Below the pieces are notes generated by a model. It saw nothing but the letters and a program-made list of their open reading frames with translations, did no database searches and had not been told where the DNA came from. 64,000 bases of DNA from a virus: positions 8,017 to 72,016 of the IMG/VR virus record IMGVR_UViG_3300026130_000003, one strand, 5' to 3'. The position numbers and the translations under genes are program-made. How positions within the stretch are numbered: position 1 is the first letter of the stretch; the number at the start of each line of letters is the position of its first letter. Below, in pieces: positions 41,449 through 49,169 of this stretch.

Positions 41449-42337
41449 CTTCCGAGTATATCTCTTTGATAGTTTCTGTTGGGATTTCATCATCCGTTAT
41501 TGTTGTGTTCTTCACTCGTTGCCAACGCTCATGCGCTTGTAACTCATGTTCTAGTTGTCGTGTCCAACTAGGTGCTTGACCTATACTTTCTAATAGATCG
41601 TCTCGCAAACCTTGATTCTTTTTCTCATTGTTTAGTACACGAGTAAAAGAGTTGTTCACAACAGCAGTATAGTATGCAAACGGGTTATCTGATTTATCTT
41701 CGCTAAACTGTAGACCAATTTGCGCAAGTTGAAGCAATGCTTGACCGCGCATTTCATCTACATAAGTGTAGCCACGCCAGTTAGAACGTTGGGAAAATCG
41801 TTCAACCAGTTTGATATACATATTCGCTAGTGTAGCAGTAATCTTACCGTGAGTCAAGTCAAATTCTTTGTTGCTGTTATAATGTGAAATACCTACACAT
41901 ACAGCCTCACCATCTTTCAAGATGTAATGCTTGAATGGCGGGAAATTCAACTTCGCTTTGTAATCTCGAGGATGTTTTGGATTACGCTTACGTCCTGGTT
42001 CATCAGGAATGTGCTCAAACGTCATTACACGGAATACGATTTCATCATCTTCAAATGTATTGGCATCTACCACAAAGTCAACTTTTTTCTTAGACTTGTC
42101 AGTGTTTAAATCCCAATCAAGTGTTTGTAAACGTTCTGCTTTGTTTTGTTTTGCTTCATCTAAACGCTTTTTCATTTCATCTAAAACGTTTAGATCACCC
42201 TCTTCGTTGTTAATAATTAAATCAAACTGATGGTACTTTTCTCTGTCTTCGAACCAACAGTGGTTCGATTTTGATATATGGATTTGCTTGAGCATATCCT
42301 TATTGTTTAGGTAGTTAGGACCTCTTCTTTGAGACAT
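41441..42337 (-). CDS. gp55: Late-transcription sigma factor (gp55-like)
   Basis: NYLNNKD, NWRGYTYVDEM, F...KSDNPFAYYT...NSF...EKK. Adjacent to gp47/gp46 as in T4-like phages. Confidence 0.8.
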   Translation of the reverse strand: MSQRRGPNYLNNKDMLKQIHISKSNHCWFEDREKYHQFDLIINNEEGDLNVLDEMKKRLDEAKQNKAERLQTLDWDLNTDKSKKKVDFVVDANTFEDDEIVFRVMTFEHIPDEPGRKRNPKHPRDYKAKLNFPPFKHYILKDGEAVCVGISHYNSNKEFDLTHGKITATLANMYIKLVERFSQRSNWRGYTYVDEMRGQALLQLAQIGLQFSEDKSDNPFAYYTAVVNNSFTRVLNNEKKNQGLRDDLLESIGQAPSWTRQLEHELQAHERWQRVKNTTITDDEIPTETIKEIYSEDD

Positions 42338-42364
42338 AGATGTTTTTCTCCTTATAGTTCTAAC

Positions 42365-42436
42365 AGTATACTACAATGATACTACAGGTGTCAAGTAATA
42401 CGAGTCTATATTTATCATCCGTACCATGTATAAATA
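42365..42436. promoter_or_regulatory. Promoter cluster: minus-strand TTGACA-N18-TATACT (42365-42394), minus-strand GATAAATA (42409-42416), plus-strand TATAAATA (42429-42436)
   Basis: Motifs read directly in the divergent intergenic region. Confidence 0.6.
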
Positions 42437-42441
42437 ACCGT

Positions 42442-43659
42442 ATGAAAAAGTTAGATAACGTATTAAAAGAAAATCCGTATTTGAGAGAGTGCAAAGACAC
42501 AATATTTACTGTTATTGTGCGTAACACATTACATGATTCATTGGACCACGATAAGATAAAAAGTAAATCGTTTATACATGGGTTGCTTTCTTATACCACT
42601 TGGTCTAAAAACACTGATTTGTTTCAGTATTTGACTCCTGATGCGTTACAAAAACTGAAAAACAAAGATTACTTTTTTGTGTTTGATGCGAGCACAGAAG
42701 GATTTGATCCGGTTAGGGAAATGCCGTTCTTTGATTTATTATACTTCAACTGCGAAAAGTACGGAGTGAGTCCTTCACAAATCATATACACATCGGCTAA
42801 CTTAGCAGATGAAACAAACATAGAAAAGTATGTAGCGAGAACCAAGAAAGAACCTATTCATGTGTTTTCATTCCCTTCATTTGAACAAGTACTATCTATA
42901 GATGGACGAATGAACAGGCAAATTCTTGAGCACCATTTTCAAACTGCTCACCACAATTGTGCAATGGAACACAGAGATAAGATGTATTCAAGTCTTAGTC
43001 GTGTAAATCGTTACTACAGAACTATGGCACAATTTTTGTTATCTCGCAGTGACGTTAATCATTGGGGTCTTATAAGCCACGACAAGGTTCATCCTAACTT
43101 ACTAAGACGTATTAAAGAAGAACCTCATTTACACGATATACCAGAAGAAGATTACGAGGCATGGTTGAACCGGTTACCCATGATTGTTGACAACAATGAT
43201 TTCAATCGTAACTGGGCGTTGGATACACCATACCGTCACATACACGACCAAACTCTGTTTCAAATTGTCAACGAAACATCCGTTTCGTATGATTCAGGAT
43301 CTGTCATGTTCTTTTCGGAGAAAACATTCAGACCAGTAGCATACTTTCAACCATTCTTAATATATGGTAATCCCGGAGCAAATAGACACTTGAGAAAATT
43401 AGGTTACTATACATACGAAGATTGGTTTGAAGACATGTCGTTTGATGATGAGATAGACCCAGTAATACGTTACAGAAAACTTCTGGAAGTTGTACGCAAT
43501 ACTTGTCATAAATTAGATAAAATGAACACTCGTGAACGAGTGGAGTGGCGTTTTAAAAGGACTGATATACTAAAACATAACTTTGAAACTATGGTAAGGT
43601 CAGACCATACAATGGCAAAGATAAAACAATTTCTGACCGACCTGGACAACAAACTATGA
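42442..43659 (+). CDS. Glycosyltransferase-like protein ('ET...SEKTxRP...QPF' family)
   Basis: Likely start MKKLDN at 42442. SLSRVNR, FQIVNET, FSEKTFRPVAYFQPF, LGYYTYEDWF. Confidence 0.55.
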   Translation: MKKLDNVLKENPYLRECKDTIFTVIVRNTLHDSLDHDKIKSKSFIHGLLSYTTWSKNTDLFQYLTPDALQKLKNKDYFFVFDASTEGFDPVREMPFFDLLYFNCEKYGVSPSQIIYTSANLADETNIEKYVARTKKEPIHVFSFPSFEQVLSIDGRMNRQILEHHFQTAHHNCAMEHRDKMYSSLSRVNRYYRTMAQFLLSRSDVNHWGLISHDKVHPNLLRRIKEEPHLHDIPEEDYEAWLNRLPMIVDNNDFNRNWALDTPYRHIHDQTLFQIVNETSVSYDSGSVMFFSEKTFRPVAYFQPFLIYGNPGANRHLRKLGYYTYEDWFEDMSFDDEIDPVIRYRKLLEVVRNTCHKLDKMNTRERVEWRFKRTDILKHNFETMVRSDHTMAKIKQFLTDLDNKL

Positions 43660-44525
43660 AACTAATTGAACGACAACCCAAACGAATATTTACATTCGGA
43701 TGCAGTTTCACCGCATACCATTGGGCAACATGGCCTGAAATTATAGCCTCAGACCTTGATATACCTTTATACAACTACGGACGCAGCGGTGCAGGTAATC
43801 AATATATGGCACAACAGTTTGCTTATGCGAATGCCAAACATAAGTTTACAGAAGACGATTTGATTATGGTTTCGTGGACAAATGTGTGTCGTGAAGACCG
43901 ATGGGTCGATGGTACTTGGGTCACTCCAGGTAACATTTTCACCCAAAACATTTATGATGAAAATTGGGTTATGCGATTCGTTGATCCACTAGGTATGTTG
44001 ATACGGGATCTGAACACTATTTCACTTGTCAAAACCACACTCGAAGCAATAGGTTGCCAATGGCACTTTATCAGTATGGTAGACATAGCAAGACAAATAG
44101 ACCAAGGCGACAACAACAATTTAATTAATGGCAAACATTCAGATGTGTTAGCCAGTCTGCTGGTAGATCACAGAGAAACACTTAACAGTATCACCGCAAA
44201 TTTTTACGAAGTATTGTGGAACAACGATATCAATAAGAACAAATTTGAAAAAGAATATTCTATATTCGGCAACAAGTTTAATGATGGTCACCCGCTTCCC
44301 GAAGATCATTTGCTATTCTTACAGCGAGTGTTTGACGAACACAATTTCAAGAATGAAACTGTAGGCAAAACACGGGTCGCTCAAACAAATTTGATACACG
44401 ATATTAAACGAATAACGGCAAAAGCAAGAGGGCTTATGCCTATATACCAGTTCAATCACAATGTAAAAGTTGCGATGGAAGAAGCGGCTACTATAGTTAA
44501 GTCAGAAGAGAGCATTTTACCATGA
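43656..44525 (+). CDS. SGNH/GDSL-like hydrolase or acyltransferase
   Basis: FTFGCSFT (block I), NYGRSGAGN (block II), DGHP (block V). Confidence 0.65.
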   Translation: MKLIERQPKRIFTFGCSFTAYHWATWPEIIASDLDIPLYNYGRSGAGNQYMAQQFAYANAKHKFTEDDLIMVSWTNVCREDRWVDGTWVTPGNIFTQNIYDENWVMRFVDPLGMLIRDLNTISLVKTTLEAIGCQWHFISMVDIARQIDQGDNNNLINGKHSDVLASLLVDHRETLNSITANFYEVLWNNDINKNKFEKEYSIFGNKFNDGHPLPEDHLLFLQRVFDEHNFKNETVGKTRVAQTNLIHDIKRITAKARGLMPIYQFNHNVKVAMEEAATIVKSEESILP

Positions 44526-45607
44526 TAAAAGTATTTTGGTCAGACACAGTTATTCCTACCATTATAGGCAGTCAAGCACACTTATTACCTATCGAACTGG
44601 AAAAAGACAGGTTTGAAAAAGAATACGACATTACTAAATGTGATATAATCCCAGTTGTTGGCGGTCGAGGTGTAAACACTAAAGAACAGTTTGAATTTAT
44701 CAAAGAAGATTACAACAACCAACTGATTGTAGTGTTCAGTATCTACCATGTTGACGACCATTCAGATATTAAAAAAGTACACGACCAAATAAAACAAGAA
44801 TGGGAATCCTATGGTTGTAGAGTAGTAATCGTACATACTAATAAGAAAAACACCTCGTATCCATTCTATGACATATTATGGAATCGACAAAAAGCATATT
44901 TTACCGAGTATGATAAATTCGATTTAAGAGAACGAGTGTGGACTTGGGGTGCAAGTGCTAAAATGTTTGAATTGAATCCTATCACAAAAGTAAAAGACCC
45001 TAAACACTACCTTGCTCCAGGAAGAATATACTATCATTCAATGACGCATCCTAGGACTATAGCACGAATCAAACTTAAAGAATTTTTAGAACAAGATGCA
45101 TATAAACATAAAGGTTACGTAAGCGATCCACTTAATAAAAACATTCTTTCTCCGCAAGAACCTAGTTGTTTGATGGACAACAACAATGGTTTCGGTGCCG
45201 GACTTTGGTGGCCTGTTCACAATGACTATTACGAAGATTCGTACTTTAGTGTGTATGTAGAGACTATCACAACAAACGGCGAGACAGAATCTATCACAGA
45301 GAAAACATGGGATCCTCTAATCAAAGGTCACTTTATTTTACCATATGCGTATCCTGGCATAGTGCAAGACTTGCGTGATATGGGGTTCAAGTTTCCCGAT
45401 TGGATTGATTACGGTTACGATAACATACTGAATGATGATGAAAGGTTTGAAGAATTTCTAAAATCACTCAAAGATTTACTAGCATTATCTCCTATGACAC
45501 TACGCAGTTTGTATGATAAGGATAAGTACATTCTAGAACATAATAGAAACATGTTCTGGGTCAAACCATACGATTCGTTGTATGAAAAAATAGTTGACAT
45601 TCTATAA
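44522..45607 (+). CDS. Glycosyltransferase-like protein ('ET...TEKTxxP' family)
   Basis: SVYVET, ITEKTWDPLIKGHF, GFKFPDWIDYGYD. Confidence 0.55.
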   Translation: MIKVFWSDTVIPTIIGSQAHLLPIELEKDRFEKEYDITKCDIIPVVGGRGVNTKEQFEFIKEDYNNQLIVVFSIYHVDDHSDIKKVHDQIKQEWESYGCRVVIVHTNKKNTSYPFYDILWNRQKAYFTEYDKFDLRERVWTWGASAKMFELNPITKVKDPKHYLAPGRIYYHSMTHPRTIARIKLKEFLEQDAYKHKGYVSDPLNKNILSPQEPSCLMDNNNGFGAGLWWPVHNDYYEDSYFSVYVETITTNGETESITEKTWDPLIKGHFILPYAYPGIVQDLRDMGFKFPDWIDYGYDNILNDDERFEEFLKSLKDLLALSPMTLRSLYDKDKYILEHNRNMFWVKPYDSLYEKIVDIL

Positions 45608-45622
45608 TAAATATACTACAAT
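45594..45622 (+). promoter_or_regulatory. Sigma70-type promoter for the DNA ligase gene (TTGACA-N17-TACAAT)
   Basis: Motif read directly. Confidence 0.65.
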
Positions 45623-45652
45623 AGCAAGGCAATTAACACTGAGGAAAAACAA

Positions 45653-46780
45653 ATGGAAGTTATTAAAAAATACATACCGCTATACAAACTAGACACCAAA
45701 GGCAAAACTCGTGTGTGGTATATGGAGTTAGGGCAAAACGGTGAAGAATATGGTTATCGTACCGTGGCAGGTATCAAAGACGGTAAAATGGTTACTTCTG
45801 AGTGGAGATTGTCTTCAGGTAAGAATCTAGGCCGCAGTAATGAAACTACACCCAGAGAGCAAGCAGAAAGCGAAATCAAATCCAATTATACGTCAAAACA
45901 AGATTCCGGTTACTTTGGTGATCAAACAATGATCAAAAACTTTGACAAGTTTATGCCAATGTTAGCGAATGATTACTCTAAACTAAAAAAGGGTCTAGAG
46001 TTCCCAGTAATTTCACAACCCAAACTAGATGGTATTCGCTGTCTTTCTCGTGCTAATGGTCTTTGGACTCGTGCTGGCAAAGAAATTACTAGTTGTCCGC
46101 ATCTTGAAGAATCATTGAAAGAAGTTTTTGATGCAATGCCAGGAATTATCATTGACGGTGAACTATACAATCACGAACTAAAAGATGACTTCAATAGTAT
46201 CACTTCTATGGTTCGCAAAACTAAACTAACAGAAGCAGATATTACCAAGTCAAAAGAACTTGTACAGTACCATGTTTATGACTTGTTTGATACTAACAAT
46301 CCCAACATGCCATTTACTGACCGTCAACAACTGTTGAGCGAAATCGTAAAAGATATAGAAGGTGTTGTAGTTGTAGAGACAACAAAAGTATTTTCCCAAG
46401 AAAAACTAGATGAACTATATGGTACTTACCTGACTGACGGTTTTGAAGGGCAAATGGTTCGCATTGATAGTGCATACGAAAACAAGCGTAGTAAATTCCT
46501 ACTCAAACGCAAAGAGTTTATCACAGATGAATTTACTGTAGTATCAGTAGAAGAAGGTCAAGGTAATTGGAGTGGACACATCAAACGCTTTGTTCTAAAT
46601 CTACCTGATGGAACACAATTCGGCGCTGGTGTTCGTGGTAACCAAGCAACGCTTAGAGAGTTGTTTGAATCAAATAATAAGCCAACATGGGCGACACTAC
46701 GATACTTCACACCTACACCTGATGGTATTCCACGATTCCCAGTAGTAGTTGATTGGGGAGTCGGAGAACGAAACGACTAA
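45653..46780 (+). CDS. ATP-dependent DNA ligase with an N-terminal WGR-like extension
   Basis: Motif I QPKLDGIR, III DGELY, IIIa YDL, IV EGQMVR, V LLKRK, VI PRFP. Confidence 0.92.
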   Translation: MEVIKKYIPLYKLDTKGKTRVWYMELGQNGEEYGYRTVAGIKDGKMVTSEWRLSSGKNLGRSNETTPREQAESEIKSNYTSKQDSGYFGDQTMIKNFDKFMPMLANDYSKLKKGLEFPVISQPKLDGIRCLSRANGLWTRAGKEITSCPHLEESLKEVFDAMPGIIIDGELYNHELKDDFNSITSMVRKTKLTEADITKSKELVQYHVYDLFDTNNPNMPFTDRQQLLSEIVKDIEGVVVVETTKVFSQEKLDELYGTYLTDGFEGQMVRIDSAYENKRSKFLLKRKEFITDEFTVVSVEEGQGNWSGHIKRFVLNLPDGTQFGAGVRGNQATLRELFESNNKPTWATLRYFTPTPDGIPRFPVVVDWGVGERND

Positions 46781-47295
46781 ACCCCATTAATAGAAGCAGA
46801 CTCCACTGAATCTCGGTGGAGTTCCCAAAACATATCTGCCCCACAGAATATCCAATCACCATGATTCTTACTGGTGTACACGATAGAATGTGGGGTTTTC
46901 CACCCTAGACTTGCTTGATACGCAACATACTTCCCTTTACGATTGAACTTCATAAACATAATGTTTAGGTCTTTGTCTTCGGCTACTTCCATACATTGGT
47001 CTATCCATTTTTCTAGTATGGGAATATAACCCGGCGATAGTAACGAGTGAAATTGAAAATCGGCGTAGAATTTACATTCAGAGTTAAAGTACTTCCAGTT
47101 ATCAGGCGGAATCAAATCCCCTTTAAATGAACGAATTTGTCCCTCGCTTAGTATCTCAGTTCTCTTTTGATTTTTACCTCCGATGAATGCACCGGAGTTA
47201 GGGACACGAATAAACGAACCATTATATAGTTCACTTAAGAATTTTGCTTGTTCTCGTTCATAACCAGAACCTTTGTTTTTTGATTTGTTAGACAT
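46777..47295 (-). CDS. PD-(D/E)xK Holliday junction resolvase-like nuclease
   Basis: Likely start MSNKSKNKGSGYERE at 47295. RVPNSGA, GDL, ECK. Confidence 0.75.
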   Translation of the reverse strand: MSNKSKNKGSGYEREQAKFLSELYNGSFIRVPNSGAFIGGKNQKRTEILSEGQIRSFKGDLIPPDNWKYFNSECKFYADFQFHSLLSPGYIPILEKWIDQCMEVAEDKDLNIMFMKFNRKGKYVAYQASLGWKTPHSIVYTSKNHGDWIFCGADMFWELHRDSVESASINGV

Positions 47296-47423
47296 TATCA
47301 CCATCCTATAGAGGTCTTTAACAAGACCTAAGCCCTCATAAAAACTCAAACTTCGTAAACTCAGTTTTCGTTTTTAATCGGTCTTTTCTCTGCCGAGGGC
47401 TATTAAGAGAATTATTGTGCTCT

Positions 47424-47431
47424 TATTTATA
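47424..47431 (-). promoter_or_regulatory. T4-type late promoter TATAAATA for the resolvase gene
   Basis: Exact T4 late consensus. Confidence 0.55.
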
Positions 47432-47434
47432 TCA

Positions 47435-47875
47435 TTACCAGGAGGAGCCACAATTGCCCCGTTGCCGGGGCAAATGGTTAACTCGGATATTACCGAGGTG
47501 TCACCTCTGTTTATGGGTTAGTCTCCAGATAGACGAGGTAGGTTGGCGATCCCCTCTTAACCCAGTACTTGCGACTTTCGTCCCAACGGCACCTTAAACA
47601 TATCTAAACAGACCAATATGAATAAAGCCGGCAGTGATTTTGTATTTCCTGCCATCAGTGTGTGCGTTCTCTGGTTTTTCACAGTTCATCGGCACGGTTA
47701 CTCTGGTATACATGCGGTTACATGTATTTTCCGCAAGAATAGGTAAGTATCCTTGCTCATTACAGACTATTTTGCAGATTTACGAGAAGCGTGGAAGCGC
47801 CTAACCTTCCTATTCTGACGGCAACACCATTACGATGGCAGTCTCAATCCCGGATACAATGTATCATCCAGTTCT
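47435..47875 (-). ncRNA. Candidate large, ornate non-coding RNA of unknown family
   Basis: No credible ORF. At least ten hand-identified stems, including long-range 8-9 bp helices. GNRA tetraloops and G-U pairs occur only in the minus-strand reading. Boundaries are approximate. Confidence 0.7.
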
Positions 47876-48005
47876 GCTTGTAAGTATAGTTCACTACATT
47901 TTAGATAGTTTTAGTTTTAAGACGCTATAAGACCTTGGTGGTCGGATTCTGAAGTCGGTTTTTATATAATAATATTCTGGATGTTTCCGTCGTTACTGAC
48001 GGGTA

Positions 48006-48239
48006 CTATATAATAGGCGTACCAGCCTTCTTGCTCATTTCAAAATTGTTCTCTATTATAGAGTTCAAGTGTTTGATATGAGTTACAGGCATTTCGTGGA
48101 TTTCAGAAATAGAAACCCCTCCACGCATGTACCAAGTTAATTGTAACAGGTTATAGTGTAACTTGTCAACCTGTTTTTCGTATTTTTCAATACGCTCCTG
48201 TATATCTTCCGTGCTGGCTGTTACGAGCCAGCGATGGAA
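48006..48239 (-). CDS. 77-aa -1-frame extension of the 48221..49072 gene (G-T-type tail assembly chaperone extension)
   Basis: Frame FHRWLVTASTEDIQERIEKYEKQVDKLHYNLLQLTWYMRGGVSISEIHEMPVTHIKHLNSIIENNFEMSKKAGTPII* is entered at slippery site A_AAT_TTT. No good start or RBS of its own near its 5' end. Confidence 0.7.
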   Translation of the reverse strand, partial: FHRWLVTASTEDIQERIEKYEKQVDKLHYNLLQLTWYMRGGVSISEIHEMPVTHIKHLNSIIENNFEMSKKAGTPII

Positions 48240-49072
48240 AAATTTATAGGATTTACCTCAATATTCACTTCGTCTACATTCCCGCATTCTGGGCATGTGA
48301 ACTTTAACAAGTTTGAATCATCAGGCTTCTTAGATAATTGTACAGCAATTTGGTTGATCTTGTCAACTACTTTTCCGGGAATATTGAACATAAATTCGTC
48401 AATAAATGCCTTGTCAGTCACTATTTCACCATCTTCGGTTTCTATTTTGTAGATTGCTTCTGTTAGAAGACTAACATTGTGTTGTACAATCTTATTGAAA
48501 CTTTGGTAAAATCGTTTTGCAAGTTCCATGTCACCATCTGGATCTTCGTCCGATACACTGCTTTCAATTTCTAGTAAAATCTTTTTACGCTCTATATCCA
48601 TAAGACTCAAACGAGTTACACTTTCAACTGTTGCAGGTGAGATATAAATTTTTATACCCTCATGTTCAACAACAGGTATCTCTTTAATATCCGGAAACCT
48701 ATTCATAAGTTGATTCAAATCAACTTTGTAATCTGTCACTGCGTCACATTCTGTACATTGATGCGTGTGCTCTATGTCCTTTCCGGAACTGGCATACTGT
48801 ATTGCTAGGAACAATGACTCCGCATCTATGTTACATAGTTTTCTTGGATTTGGAATCGAAGGCACACAACTTTTGATGACATTGATGAGAGCCTCACCGT
48901 TTAACAAAGCATCTGGATTCTGTAATGATATTTCATCTAGCGCAGTCATTGGTAAAATTGGCACTTCATCCAATATGGTCTTATCAATCTCTGGATTGAA
49001 TAAACCATTGGTTGGCAATGTAACGTACATTGCAGGTTTTCTGAAATACTTACTCAGTGGGTTGTTTGACAT
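48221..49072 (-). CDS. Baseplate hub assembly / tail assembly chaperone (gp26/gp51-like)
   Basis: YVTLPT, PMTALDE, LAIQYAS, two CxxC pairs (CTEC, CPEC). Divergent from the tape-measure-like gene. Confidence 0.7.
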   Translation of the reverse strand: MSNNPLSKYFRKPAMYVTLPTNGLFNPEIDKTILDEVPILPMTALDEISLQNPDALLNGEALINVIKSCVPSIPNPRKLCNIDAESLFLAIQYASSGKDIEHTHQCTECDAVTDYKVDLNQLMNRFPDIKEIPVVEHEGIKIYISPATVESVTRLSLMDIERKKILLEIESSVSDEDPDGDMELAKRFYQSFNKIVQHNVSLLTEAIYKIETEDGEIVTDKAFIDEFMFNIPGKVVDKINQIAVQLSKKPDDSNLLKFTCPECGNVDEVNIEVNPINFSIAGS

Positions 49073-49087
49073 TGATTTTTCCTAATT

Positions 49088-49134
49088 GATAAATACATTG
49101 TAAGCCGTAGTACGGCGTAGCGTTTCTATTTATA
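49088..49134. promoter_or_regulatory. Face-to-face late promoters (plus GATAAATA 49088-49095; minus TATAAATA 49127-49134) flanking the palindrome GCCGTA-G-TACGGC
   Basis: Motifs read directly. Confidence 0.55.
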
Positions 49135-49169
49135 CATGAAACCTGTAAACAACGAGAGATACGATAAAA

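Noticed and set aside
47415-47597. 60-aa plus-strand ORF from the track
   Set aside because: TTG/GTG-type start without an RBS, unprotein-like composition, and it lies antisense to the structured RNA candidate.
47610-47815. RNase P RNA, tmRNA, group I/II intron or hammerhead identity for the large RNA (AGGAAGG..., ACAAAA...CCGGCUUUA, CUGAUGG...GAAA)
   Set aside because: The P4 pairing of RNase P cannot be formed, there are no tRNA-like ends, no gene is interrupted, and the hammerhead core CUGAUGA is not matched. The resemblance is superficial pending cmscan.
47987-48002. CCGTC/GACGG hairpin after the frameshift ORF stop as a terminator
   Set aside because: Only 5 bp, with no U tract on the minus strand.
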